A stretch of 63,465 nt of DNA, the filler included, from Platydemus manokwari (lineage: Eukaryota), in NCBI GenBank assembly GCA_037951405.1. It is 5 parts of 5 records of this genome, joined end to end, with 100 filler letters (N's around TTAATTAATTAA, not from the genome) between each part and the next. Parts side by side here need not be neighbours in the genome. Positions count along the whole stretch, not along the records: positions 11,232 to 24,145 come from JBBMOY011911386.1; positions 24,246 to 33,676 come from JBBMOY011250207.1; 3 more parts are not named here. One strand, 5' to 3'. Position 1 is the stretch's first letter. Each line of letters opens with the position of its first letter. The notes below the pieces were generated by a model. The model saw nothing but the letters and a program-made list of their open reading frames with translations, made no database searches and had not been told where the DNA came from. The position numbers and the translations under genes were made by a program. Positions 12,016 through 25,710 of the stretch are shown here, piece by piece.

Positions 12016-13875
12016 GAAACAATTATAATTTGAAATTATTATTGATGAAATTAATTTTTCTGTATAACGAGGGCTTTTTGATTGTATCACAGTCAATTTC
12101 AACATGCATATTCTATTACTAGACTGGTTTCACGGCAATTTCTACTTATTGGTGCATAATACGACCGTACCACTGTTCTATCACTGATGGAATCGAACTT
12201 ACAACTGTTTCACTCACATTCATTATCCCGTAGACATCAATTATTAACGTATCACTAACAATGTTTCTAATAAAATGAATAAAATAGAATTTATTCCTTA
12301 AAACTCCCACACAAAATTGTCACATAAAACCTTTTATTTAATTAATAAATCTTAAAATCTTTTTAAAAATAAAGTTCATAGCATTGAATTGAAAACCACA
12401 GACCATGTGTTGTATTTCATAATCCACACACTTCCTTATAGGTTTTATTTATAATTACGTCCAATGAAAATTAATAAAAATAATTAATAATATATTTTTA
12501 CGTTTTTTTGTGTATTCTCTGCCAGAAGCACAGTTCTAACGAGCTTCAACGTATGCGAGAATGCATAATTTATCGTGAACCAGTAAAATATTGTCTTTTC
12601 AATCTACTTTTTGATAATCAAAGATGAAAACTGATATATCGATTTTATTAAAAATACATTACTTTGAACAAATACGAACTTTATTATAAAAACTCTTAAG
12701 GTTTTTCAAATAGCTAATTGATCGAAAATAGATCAGCATTGATATTCATCCAATTTTAAATCTAATAAATCCTTAATGTGTGATCGAATCCACTGAATCC
12801 TAATGAAATCAATGTTTATTGTTTTCAAATATTTGTGGATTAAAAATATACTATTTTGGATTTAAATCTTATGGAACCGTTAATTGAAATAGATACCGCA
12901 GACAGTGCTATATCAAGACTAACTTTCTAAATCGCAAGTAACAACATTTTCTTTTTATTTAACAATACTTCACATCATTTATTTTTTACATAAAATACAT
13001 GCCCAGAAAGCTTCTAAAATCAGACTTCGCTTATTTTTTCTAAGCCATAATAAAAAAAGAGATTTGATTGTTTTTTTCTGGAAAATCTTAGCCATTAATA
13101 AAATATTTTATTAGATTTTCGTCAATTAGTGCCAAATTCAAAAGGCATTTAACTAACATCATCTTCACATGATGTTTGAGAAACCTAACCCGTAAAAAAT
13201 GTTGACATGAACATTCTGTGACCATTTTTTCAACACGCACATTGTAAAAACTCCTACAAAAATAAAAATAAAAGTTCAAATAATGACGTCATTTGGTTTT
13301 ACTAATGCTATTAACAGTTACAAAATTTTCAGACAGATTTAGAATGGTTCGATTCAATAACATATCATACCAGTCTAAAAATAGAATATTTCAATGAAAT
13401 AGTTTTCAACAGAAAAAAGTAGTAACAGGTGTGAAACTCTATAGTTCTGATCCCTGGCTTGTTGACTTGAACACTTGAGGTGTTATTTGGAGCGTTGAGT
13501 TGATTTGCAAGTTGAGAATGATTAAACATTTTTGTTTAACAATTTATTTATATAAAAATTTATAGCAAAAGTCCAATTTAAAAATAATATTATGCTTTTC
13601 AAACACTTGAGAAGTAGATATATATATTTACTCAATAACAAATCGAAATAATTCTAATATATTTAATGAACTCTATTTCCGTTTTAAGATGAAGTGGAAA
13701 TAATATTAACAATCGTTATTCAAAATTGATTATCATACTTACAATTTATAAGTAGATTATAAATAAATTTTTTTGGAATTCATTTTAAAGAATTAACCAA
13801 TACCTGGATTATTGTCGACAACAATTTAATAAACTAATTCTGAATCGAAATGATTAAAGAAACTAAAGAATTATT

Positions 13876-15063
13876 TTAGAATAAATATTTCGAAAAAACA
13901 CATTGCAAAATATTACAAAATCCCGGAACGATAACAGAAAAATTGTTTAAACTATAAGAAGAAGCACTAACTTCTTTAAGTGGTCTTGATCCAGATTCGG
14001 TGAAGTTGAGAACATCCGGCTTGATTAAAGCCCTCATACAAACTTCTACACAATCACATAAAGATAAAATATCGTAACCACCCTCCAAAGCCATGACAAC
14101 TCGACCTTCTGCTAATCCTGACATGACCAGCTTTTGAGTCATCCAACCAAAACAAGCAGGAGAAACACTGTAACCACCGAGACTAGGAGAATGCATTTTA
14201 GTTGCATCAAATCCTGCTGACACTATTATCAAATCTGGATTGAATTCCTTTGCTACTGGTAGCACGATATGAACAAAGGCAGCCATATATTCGGCATCAG
14301 ACATTGACACAAACGAACCATCTGCAGAACTTTTCCAAGCGATGTTTATGTTGTAATTTGTGCCGGCCCCTTCACCAATTTCATCTATCAAACCAGTTCC
14401 AGGGAAGAAATGACCGTTATCATGTCTATGTAACGATATATAGAGCACTGATGGATCGTTGTAGAATATTTGCTGAGTACCATTTCCATGATGAATATCC
14501 CAATCTATAATCAATACTCTCTTCACAGCGGTTTGCATTGTCATCTTTTTGGCTGCTATAGCAACAGAATTAAAGTAACCAAACCCCATTGCCTGATTGA
14601 ATTCCGCATGATGTCCAGGTGGTCTCACAATTGCAAACCCATTTCTTAGTTCTCCACGAACGATTTTCAGTGTCAATTCCACAACGCATCCAACAGCTAA
14701 CCGGGCAGCATTAGCAGTGTGTGCATTATTCCAAATAGTATCACTATCGACTCCTATGCCACCACATGGTAACCGACAAAATTCCACAGACATCAACAAT
14801 TGAGGATTGATTTTTAATCGATTAGCTGGATTCGTTCCAAACAACACCGAATACGTATCTTCATGACACAATTGTAAATCATCCATCGATGCTTTTTTAC
14901 CGGGAATCACGTGGCAACGTAATACGATTTGTGATTCTTTCAACCGTTCCCACACCATAGACAAACGTCTCGAAGATTCTGGATGGATATCCTCATTGCC
15001 ACATAAACATCTGTGACTCAACATGCCAACATCATAGACAATAGCCGTCGTATTGGGATATTC
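13876..15063 (-). CDS. HDAC4: Class IIa histone deacetylase (HDAC4/5/7/9-like), catalytic-domain exon
   Basis: Acceptor cag at 15066-15064 then TTAIVYDVGMLSHRCLCG..HPE, LPCGGIGVDSDT, RPPGHHA, DWDIHHGNGTQ, SAGFDA, LEGGY; 5' exons not identified (gap upstream); 3' end may splice at GAA|gttagt near 13971. Confidence 0.93.
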   Translation of the reverse strand, partial: EYPNTTAIVYDVGMLSHRCLCGNEDIHPESSRRLSMVWERLKESQIVLRCHVIPGKKASMDDLQLCHEDTYSVLFGTNPANRLKINPQLLMSVEFCRLPCGGIGVDSDTIWNNAHTANAARLAVGCVVELTLKIVRGELRNGFAIVRPPGHHAEFNQAMGFGYFNSVAIAAKKMTMQTAVKRVLIIDWDIHHGNGTQQIFYNDPSVLYISLHRHDNGHFFPGTGLIDEIGEGAGTNYNINIAWKSSADGSFVSMSDAEYMAAFVHIVLPVAKEFNPDLIIVSAGFDATKMHSPSLGGYSVSPACFGWMTQKLVMSGLAEGRVVMALEGGYDILSLCDCVEVCMRALIKPDVLNFTESGSRPLKEVSASSYSLNNFSVIVPGFCNILQCVFSKYLF

Positions 15064-15091
15064 CTGGTAAATAAAATATTATTTATTTTTA

Positions 15092-15248
15092 NNNNNNNNN
15101 NNNNNNNNNNNNNNNNNNNNNNNNNNNNNNNNNNNNNNNNNNNNNNNNNNNNNNNNNNNNNNNNNNNNNNNNNNNNNNNNNNNNNNNNNNNNNNNNNNNN
15201 NNNNNNNNNNNNNNNNNNNNNNNNNNNNNNNNNNNNNNNNNNNNNNNN
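15092..15248. other. Assembly gap (157 N)
   Basis: Run of N. Confidence 0.99.
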
Positions 15249-16200
15249 TTGGGGCCTTTAAGTTAGTGTTCCAAACACAATTGAGTTCGTTAAAGTATCG
15301 AGTATCACTCTATTTATATTTATTATAAAAAACAACTACTGATCACGATAACAACTATTTATCACTGGAATTCAAAAACAATGACGATTTGATAAGAATA
15401 GTCATGTATTGAAAACTATCACAAAATACAAGGTTTTCTATGAATTACTATTAACCATTAATTTATCCAGTTAATAAACCGGTTCAACACTCAATTTATT
15501 TAGTTTCAGACAACCAAGATTTTAACTCTCGCAGATTAAGGTTAGAGAGTGGCCGATTCAAATTTAACGAAAAAATCTTGTAGAATTCATTTTAAAGTTA
15601 TAGATTTTAAAAAATAAATTTCAATTCGGTTTCTTTATTCTTCACACCTTGCTGTTAACTTCTTGTTTATGCAATATCCAGAATTGCCACAGATGTTCGA
15701 CCTTCTTTCTATAAAGTTTCCTCGATCGATTAACTCTTCTTCTAGAAAATAAAATCCAAGGCAGTTTTTCGTAGATTTGTCTTTCAGGTTATAACTTTTC
15801 CAGTCAAGATTTTTATGAGCTAAGATTTATGATTTTTGGTGCCTATTTATACTATTTTGAAAGTGGAAAATCTGATTTGGAAATTTAAAATATTTTTATT
15901 GGTCCACTTTGAAATTAAAATTATTTTATTTTTCCAAAAATTTAATTCTTTGAATTTTTATTTAATTCTATTATTTTGAGACATTTTCAGAAATTCCAAC
16001 GAATTAATTTTGGAATTTCTATATGTTATTAGCACACTAAAACAAATTTTCTATAAGTTAATTTTTATTTCCGTTATAATTGTTATTTTAAGCGAGCTAT
16101 TTATTATTTTTGTTATCCTATTTTACTTTTACTTTATTTTTAAGTTTTTTTTATTAAAAATTTCCATTAATTTTAAATTATAATTTTTGACAAAATACAT
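15249..16200 (-). mobile_element. LTR-like non-coding element
   Basis: Begins ttgggg at the gap edge (complement of the ccccaa terminus of family A); TATAAATA on the - strand at ~15850; similar layout to family A; right end approximate. Confidence 0.35.
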
Positions 16201-18643
16201 TATACATAATATACGATATACATTTATAATCAAGGAAAAATTTGAGAAATACAATAATACAAGACAAACATTATAGACAAATGAATTAAATCACAAAACG
16301 TAAATATTTACAAATATCTGTGGTCGAACACTTCATTAATGTCCACTCGTTTGTGGAGTTCCCACCACCTCGACGTTTCCATTCTTGAGTCTTCTGGAAT
16401 CGTCGGCTCTCTTTTGATTTTGTCCTTTGGTTCACTCCGGCCGACCTTCTCGGGCTTATCCCCCGATAAACCACTCCATCTCAGTCTCCGTTCTCATCTA
16501 ATATTATCTTCTCGTTGTTTTTTGAAGTGCTTGGGGCATTCGGGGTACTTTCCCAACATAACGAACTTGACTTTTAAAGCTGTCCTTATCTGTACTTGCC
16601 ATTCCGGTGTTTCAACTAACAATGATAAATAATAAGCAAGTTTTTCGATTGTTTCTCTCGATTTATATGTTCTTGATAAAAAAATTTGTGGTATAAATCG
16701 TCATGTTTCTTCTCGGAGAAGCACTTTTATCGTCTTTATTTCCATGATATTTTGCTAATAGATTTGGTTTTAGATCTCTTTAGAGAGTCGTTTTGCATAG
16801 AATGGTAATGGCTGTTTCAATTTTCGTTCTGCACATCCGTACTTGAGCATGATTTGAATTGCTTTGATATTCACTCACCATAAAAATTTGTTGCCTTCGC
16901 TTTTCAAATTCTATCCACACAAGAATAATTTAAACATCAGTTGTTATATTTGACCAATGAAAAAAATGAAACTCGAAACTTTGTGATTTAAAAATTTTAT
17001 ACACTCGAATTTGATACTCTCGAATATTCTTGTATTCTACAAAACATGTCCAGAAGAAGCATATGGTTGAGAGGTAATATCATCTTGCGTGGGTGAGAAG
17101 ACCGAATTTATACCGATATCACTTCCTTGACTTGAAGCGGGATAATCGCATTATTTTTAAAATATTTTTAATTATTATTGATGACAGTAAATTATAAACC
17201 ATTAAATCAATAATCTTATTCAATATTATTTTTAGAAAATAAATATAGGTTATTTCGATGTAAAATAAACATCATTAATCTAAAGAAAATAAATAATCAA
17301 GAATATATAGCTATATTATTACAAATCTATTTCTGAAATATTCATTCGCAATAATAAATAAAACTACGATGATGCGAAGGAGTCTTATTTACAAATGAGA
17401 AATATCTATTATTTCTAATTAATGAAAAAACATGCTGCAGATTAGTCTTCAAATAATTTAAAACTGTCATTAAAAAACGAAGATAATTAATAATATTTTA
17501 GTATTATAAAGGTTTAACAAATAACTTTACATATATACATACATATATATAAGATTATATTTCTTCCAAAATAATTTTAGATGACTATTTAATTAAGACC
17601 ATTTTTAATTATCGACCTCAAAAAGCTTGGTTAGAAATTTTTTAATTCCAGAAAAAGTTTGAAAATTTATGTTGAAAACTGTATAATTTATTTTAGCCTC
17701 AAAGAGGAAGTCGATGACTAAAGAATTTATTAATCACGAAAATAATGCGTTTGGAGATTTTTCTGTTAATTTGTTTTGGCATCATCATACTGGAGAAATT
17801 GATAAATTGAAATTTCAATGAAAATACTTTCCGAAAATAGATCGAGATTTGAGATTTTTTTCACAATATAAATTGTTGAAGAAAATAAACTATTAAACAT
17901 TATTTAAAGTAAGCAAAAATATTATGATTTAAATAATTAATTTTGTAATTTTCATTTTTTTCTGTTGATTAAGATGATGTGCAGGTTCCTAATAATTTAA
18001 TTAACAATCAATAATATGGAGTACATAATATTTTAGCCAAAAAACGGTTACAATAACGACTTTGTTTTGATATGTGAGGTTAGAAGACTCGGTTTTCATG
18101 AAACCAAAACTGTAAGCCGACACTATTTAATATTGTATGTATTGAGAGCAAATTGAAAAGTCAAAACACATACAACTATATTTAACCAAATTATTTAAAC
18201 AAATCAAATTAATAATATATAAATTCCGATAATCAATCTTTATTCATTTTAAATTAAATTTTATAATATTCATGACAACCATTTTATGAAATGAAATTAT
18301 GTTTCTACCAAGCAATATTCTACAAAGACAAAAAAGTTGCAAAAGTTTGTATATATAAGAAAGTAATGCAGTTACTAATGAGCGAGTGATTATTGTACGT
18401 GAATATTGAACGATTTTAATGCTCTCTGATCGACCATTAGACAAAATGCTTAAGGGTAGCTGAACTTGGGATAAATTTTTTGTCCAATTTTAATGATTTA
18501 TATAAATTTAAAAACAGTTATGCTAGTGAAATAATATTTTTAAAATTAATAAATTAAAATGAATTTTATTTCTCAAATAAATTTAAACAAAACACATAGC
18601 TATCATAAAGATATCGGTGCGACGAATACAATACAAAATCGAT

Positions 18644-19872
18644 TTATTTGCTGGGAGGGCATTGTTGAATTGTTTTGAAAAAATCTTTTGAACGATGCTT
18701 TTCAGCTAATTCCACAGCTACCCCATACAATCTTAAGGGTGGTACAACTGGTGGTGTTTTTTTACCATAATCTGTTAAAAGATTCCCTACCGATGCAGTT
18801 CTTTTCAAACCACCTTCTTCCCAACCGGAAGCGCCTACTCTTTGTTTAGGTGGAGGATTCCCTTGTAGTTTATAGTTCTCTACTAGCTCTTTCATGGAAC
18901 TACCAATAGAATTTTTCACAAATTCTTGAGCTTCTGAACCTAAAGTCCCTCTTACCTTAAGAATATAAACAAAATAGCTAATTTTCCGAACAAAAAATAT
19001 TTCATACTTGATGTTTTGACTTGTAAACAGCCGGCCGATAACTTGTTTTCCCAACAATTGATGACATAACACCTTTATTTGTTTCAAATGCTTGACGAGC
19101 CTCTGCAGTTCGTATTCTGGCAGCGGGTTGTGGTGACATATAACCTTTATTCTGACTTTGATCAATAATTGCTCCGACGTTACCTCGAGCTTTTTGATAA
19201 TATTCTTCTGCTTCTGGACGAACTTTTTGTTTAACTGAAAATGTTAGAACATTTAGTTTTGCAAACATCTCTGGTTTTTGGGTTTACATACTCGTGACGG
19301 AGCTTGCATCTACTGACATATTCATAGTACCAGATCTACTTCTGTTTAAGTATTCTCTTGCTTCTTCGCTCATAACTCTATCATGTGATTCATATTTCTC
19401 TGACATCCCGTCACCTGTCCCCAGACATCGAGCCATTGAACTTCCAGCAGTTTGATGACGACAATTTAAACCACCTTCAATTGATACACATCGATATGGT
19501 AGAGCAGAATCATCGTACGATTGATCATAATCGGTACAATGTGTCAATAATTCAGGACCTACACCCTAAACCTTGGAAATTCAATAATATTATATTTATT
19601 AAAGGACTAACTCGAGCACGAGAAAAATTTTCCACGCCGTCAAACTTCACCCGCTGTTTAGGACTACTTGGAGCAGTGAAAGATTCTTTTTTATCATTTT
19701 TCGACCAAGTTCTAAACCATTGATCGGCATGGCTATTTTGCATTTTATTGTAAATAGCAATGGCGTCTGGGCCGATGCATTTGTTGTGTGTAGTGAACGT
19801 TGCACTGGTTTTTGGTCTATTGTGATTGAACCAATCGTGTGATCTTTGTTGCCAATTATTTTCAGCAATTTC
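18644..19872 (-). CDS. Uncharacterised protein made of ~35-40-aa repeats; exons 19872-19612, 19565-19292, 19234-19008, 18955-18644 (5' exon not found)
   Basis: Four overlapping ORFs join in frame through GT-AG introns of 46, 57 and 52 bp with no internal stop; recurring motif Pxx(R/K)V..EA..Y..R..G.M..L. Confidence 0.85.
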
Positions 19873-21849
19873 CTGTTAATATATATATTTAAGTTTTTTT
19901 TTTAACTTTTTGCTTATTTTTCATTTATTTTCAATTTTCATATCAATTTATTAACCAACTTTTCAATATACAATTAATTAACTAAATTCTGAAGATTTTA
20001 ATTTCATATGGATTCTTATCCCATTCTTATCATATTTATCAAAAAGACAAACGCATATCACTTGTGAATCTTCATTATCAAACGATTATTGTTAATAAAT
20101 AAATCAAAGGAACTGTTTGGAAAATTAAATTTTTCAGTTTTTTTAATCAGAGATAAAAAATAATAACTTTTAAAACTTCAAAATAATTAAGTTTTTCTTT
20201 ACGAAATTATTTAATTTCTTAAGAAAAGAAATTTATTTTCCATGGGTAAATTTTCACAAGATTAGTTTCGAATTTCGCTTAACAACAATTAGCAAGCGTA
20301 ATGGAATCAATATACCGAAGAAATACTAAATTTGATGAACATAAAATTTTAACCAGATCATTGAATGAGTTTATAATACTAGAATAATAATCAATATTTG
20401 TTTTCAAGAAATTTCTATGCGCAACATTGTATGATTTGCGTTCATTACAGGGAATTTTATTAAAACAAATGTTATCAGAGTTTATGACAAAGTATTTAGT
20501 TCAAAGATTTTATCTGGTAATGTTTCGACAAGAAATGGAAAAAATGAATCCGTGTGACCACAAAACATCTCAACAAACTTTTGAAAATCATAAATCAAAA
20601 TATTGAAAATTGTATCAAAATTTTAATATATACTCTTACAATTTAGCTCAAAACGAGGTTTATTGTATGTATATATATATATTTAGTTACATACGATATT
20701 TGTTAGATCTAATCTTTTCGCTCATAGAAATTTGTAATAACTTTTTCTTATTGATTGGAGATTAATATCAAGTTTTTTCCATAAACGAAAGCTTAACTTT
20801 GCATAGATTTGTTAATAATTCTCGAGAATTGAAATTTGTTATCAATCAACAGAAATATTTATGAAAATTAAAACTTGTATTGCAAAGAAAGTCAGTTATT
20901 TGTCTATGAACTAGATTATTTCATATTATTTCCAGTAATCAAATTATTAGTAAAATATAAACAAGAAATATTAATATTAATAATATTAATGTAATGCTGT
21001 CTACAAAACTCTCTTTTTGCACTGAAATCATTTTTCATTCAATATTCTTAAACAAAGATGAATAATTTTATGATGAGTAAATTTATGGAAATTAACATCC
21101 ACGATTTTGTGAAATAAGTCTACTTCAAACGAGATGTTTGAAACTACTTGTCAGGAAAATAACTTTGTTCTTGTTTCAACATTTAATTGTAAAACAATCA
21201 ATATTTTTCATCGTTTCACCAAAGTAATTTTAAATCTTTTTCTCTTATAATAATATTTTTAAACAAAGACTGATCTTGAATTTTTTAATTTTCAGAAATG
21301 TTACCAAAATTAATTTTGATAATTAAAAAGTACTTTTTATTATTGAAAATAAATTTTGATTTGAATCATTTTCATCCAATTAATATCAGGATAAATGACA
21401 GAGAATCAAATCAAATTCCTGTTTAATTTCCACATATCAAGTCAATTCAGATAATCAATTGAATAAGTGGAAAAATCGATAAGATATATTTATGTAAGGT
21501 TAGTGTGTTATATAATCATAAAAATTATAATTTTAGCGATTTTACTCTATTTGATTAAATATGTCTACATAGCGCATTTGCATATCTCATTAAGAACATA
21601 TCAAATATTTATATCAATCATGAAAAAGTCTTCGAACAATATAGAGCTCATATAAATTTGTTCTTAAAAATCCCACTATGGTAGAGATGCACTTAATAAC
21701 AATTATTGTTCCCCGAATTCTCTCTCAATCATGGATTTTTCGATTTTTTTCGGTAAATTATTGCTTTATTTAAAATCATCACAATTATCATTATCATATT
21801 TAGGGTTATTATAATTATAATTTAATATTTAATTGTTATATATAACGCT

Positions 21850-22790
21850 TGCTATCACATAGTTGCACTAACTTATTAATGTGCTTATTCATTCAAGTAT
21901 TAGGCAGGTAGTGCATTCTTATTTGGATATTGTTCGGGCTAAAGTGATTCTGAGAAATTGTCTATAGGGTACATGATGGCAATGTTAATATTTTGACCTC
22001 TAATTAGGTGCTATAAATACTGAACGCTATTCTTATTCTTATTAATGACTTCTTTGTTGAATTTTCTGATTAAAATTTCATATACTTGAATAGCCCTGAA
22101 TCATTCCGATCGATCAATTTCACATGCTCCTTGAATAGTCTATTATCGCAACTTCTGGAACTGTATAATCTTCTTTAATAACAGATGCGTAAAACTAGAT
22201 TATCATATTTAGAATGAAGAATATCCTTCAATTTAATCAAAACGTCTCAATTTGAATTATGAAATGCTACCTACACGTTGACTATAACAATTCATAGCAT
22301 AACTTTGTTCTATTAGTTTTACCAAGATATTTGAAAGATTTTTGTTCGATTTTTTTTGTGATGGCATGTGTTCCATAGGAACAGTAAATTGTATCGGTGT
22401 TACGACTGTGTCCATTCTCATGAAAGTGAAAATTATTATAGACTTATCGATGGAATGCCGAATCACCATTTCTTTTTAGAGATCCAAATCAAGAGATAAT
22501 TCTGTGATTCATCCATATTTCATCAATTTACCTACAAATTTATCAATCTTCTCAAATAATCTGTCTGATGAATCACTTGACTTTCTGTACAGGAAAACTG
22601 TTTGTATACCATATAGTAATATCTTCAGTGTTCGAACCATATTTTTTATCTACTGCTTAATAAATTGGGATCAAACTCTTACATTGTCATCACAATAATG
22701 CTTTGCCATTTTTCCGACATAGTTGATATATCTAAGAATCTTTTGCAGTCAGTTACAAAAGGCATTCTTTTCTGTAATACTTGATTCTGT
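21850..22790 (-). mobile_element. Highly degenerate Ty3/gypsy pol relic (RT connection, RNase H, integrase zinc finger)
   Basis: LQKILRYINYVGKM (~LQxFLGxxNYxxxF), EFDPNL, and HF..MNKHINKLVQLCDS (~HHCC finger) in the expected order; many stops. Confidence 0.45.
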
Positions 22791-23889
22791 GACCGAAACA
22801 TTAAAATTAAAAATCGTTAATTAACTCATTGTAAAAGGTTTTTTGAATCAATAATTTAAACAAAATACAATATTAAAACAACGGAGAGATTACATTAATG
22901 TCAGGATCTATAAACGCCCCAATTCATTCATAGTCCTTACCTTTATTACCGATCAATTTCTTAATTTGATTATACTACACTGATCATTAAATAAAATGCA
23001 AAATCTCAATTTGAATATCATCAATGCCTCAGGAACAATAGCTAGCAATGAATGAAAAATAAAAACGGAAAAAGATTAATTCAAAATAAATAAACATTAA
23101 TTATAGAGTCAGTGATGCGGAACTAAAATTTTACACCTACAACACAATGAAATCATATCATTATTCGAATAGATTGATTTGTTGCATACGAAAACACGTC
23201 TATTTTATCTTGAGAAAAATCTACAAACTGTCAAATCAATTTTTTATTACGGCAAATTGAGATATTTCTGTGCAACCAGGCTAGAGAGGACTCGACTCCA
23301 ATACTCAATTGGAAAAAAAATAAGAAAATAAAGGCTTTCCAAGTAACGAGACACATAATCAAATGAACGACGATGAAGCCAAGAAAATATTACTGAGCCT
23401 TCTATTGTTAAATAATATCCTGCTCCATTGACCTTCCTACTACATTCTATGACAGTTCTTGATGTTTTCCCAAATAATGTTTTGTGTTTATTCCTGTTAT
23501 GCAAATATCATTTTTGTTACACCACTGTATTTCGATGTCATACTTTTGTCTATATATAATATCTCGTTTTAGTGGCGGATTCGACTGTGATTTGTTAACC
23601 AAACACAAGCTTCCTTTATATCATACGTTTATTTTAAACAGTTTTTCCTCTAACTTAATCACCATTATAAATTATGAGCCCAAAGGGAACAAACTAGAGG
23701 ATGTCTCAATTGAATTATTATCACTGCTAAAGCACAAGGAACTAAACTCAATTACGATATGTGAACATAAGAGATAGTCCCCCACTACCAACTATTACGT
23801 AAGATATTGCACAATAGTAAAAATATAGTTATGAATTAATGAAAATATAATCATCATATTTTTATAATTAAATCGATAAGAATAATAAT

Positions 23890-24030
23890 TTATAAATTGC
23901 TGGCACCCCAACTCGTTTAGCATCTACATGTTGTGATCATTGGCCTTTATTTAGCACGAAATGACGTTGACAACTTTTAGAGAAGGTTTATAGCTCAAAT
24001 CGAAGATGTTCAAACTGCTTTCATGACAAG
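23890..24030 (+). mobile_element. Mariner transposase C-terminal relic
   Basis: HPTRLAST..CDHWPLF..YSSN/EDVQTAF resembles HPPYSPDLAPCDxWLF..EDVxxA with frameshifts. Confidence 0.35.
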
Positions 24031-24145
24031 ATATAATTTAAAATGTTTATATATTATGTTAAAAAAGTATTATTTTTGTTTTTCAAATGTTATTTTTCAT
24101 TACTTTGTAAGACTAATTAAATAAATTGGATAGAGAAAAGCATAT

Positions 24146-24245
24146 NNNNNNNNNNNNNNNNNNNNNNNNNNNNNNNNNNNNNNNNNNNNTTAATTAATTA
24201 ANNNNNNNNNNNNNNNNNNNNNNNNNNNNNNNNNNNNNNNNNNNN
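24146..24245. other. Artificial scaffold linker
   Basis: 44 N + ttaattaattaa + 44 N. Confidence 0.97.
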
Positions 24246-24701
24246 TAACTTATCGACATAATCTATATTTTTGTAACACAAGTATGATATAATGGCATAA
24301 CAAAACCTCTTATCTCATTGAGTCAAATCTTATTCATATCATATTTATTCTCGAACAGATATTGCGGCAGCATACCAGCCTCGAGTTGAAAATTCTTTAT
24401 AAAAATTGATTTGAAATAATTTTTGAAAAATTTATATATAATTCTATTTATATATTTTAATATTTATATTCCTGATTAAGATCTGCGATGTGGACGCTCT
24501 TTTGATAATATTACAATTTGTTTAAGGTGTTAAATTTGTTTGAAATAATAAATATTATCTTAAAGCCTCTGAATGACTAATTACAATGAATTTAAAATTT
24601 TAAATGAGGTTGCTATCTTTAACAGATATGATATTATTTACGTTAAACATTACCATTTATCAAATATTGTGAGTAGTATTTTGTTAGTGTTTTCTTTTAA
24701 T

Positions 24702-25710
24702 TGTATCATAAATATTATTCAGATATCAGAAATGTGATCAAAAGAAGTTGGCACAACGGGGCTGTTGAACTGTTCACTTTTGTTGTATTGGTTTTCGGTA
24801 GACACAGGACAAAGACACTGCCACATAAACTACTGATAAATAAGAAAATGATAAATAAAATAGTCTGCATATATAAAGTCAGATATAATTGTGGGTTGTC
24901 TATAATAGAGATTCCATTCCTGAAAGTTGTCAACAATCAAGGCTAAGTTAAAAATATGAGATGAAGATATATAGGATAATAGCGACTGGAAGAAAAAGAC
25001 AGAATTGATTGTAGCATTGAATTGATGATTTATTGTTATAACGAACTGTGAAATTGTCGAAGGAAAGAACCATGTACATCCCATACTTTAATGTATGAGT
25101 AATTCGATTATCAAATTTTATCAAATGAAATGGCACAGTTAATTATGAATGGTGAATAAAGATAATGTATATAAGTGTTGAGAACTGAATTCTGAATAAC
25201 AAAATAACTGCTGACTCCAAAAATAGAAGGTTATTATCTTTATTTCTAATTCATACACTAAGCAGTACGACTCGCAAAATAACACAAAAAATAACACAAA
25301 CTTGGTTTTCAACTGGTACATGTGGGAATCAGTACGAATCTGAAATTTACTGCAATATCTCAAAGAGATACAACTAAAAATTGGCTTTCATCCTCCTGCA
25401 GTTAGTCATCTTTACATCGGTATTTATATTCGAGATCTGTGTGTAATATCTCATCTCATGTTTGTATCTCATTTTGATTCGATCTTTACTTTCTTATGTT
25501 CCTATTGGGCTTATTGGTTTTTGTATGTGAGGGATTGGTCAATCCCGATGTATGTGTGGTTTTTTGGCTATATCTATAATTTTCTAATTATCGTTTTTCT
25601 TCCAACTCAGCTGTGATTGGTTGATTATCATACCTTCATGGTTTTGTATCCATGCAAAGGCCTTAAATGATAATCCATTTTTCTTTTGCAATATTTTGTC
25701 TCACTCAACA
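24702..25710 (-). mobile_element. Possible solo LTR (~1 kb)
   Basis: TG..CA ends (tgtatc..tcaaca), TATAAATA on the - strand at ~25425, layout like family B; no credible ORF. Confidence 0.3.

Noticed and set aside
15013-15261. ORF in the supplied track
   Set aside because: Runs through an N gap, antisense to HDAC
23400-23620. BEL/Pao integrase C-terminal fragment (KGSLCLVNKSQSNPPL)
   Set aside because: One short motif with no supporting context
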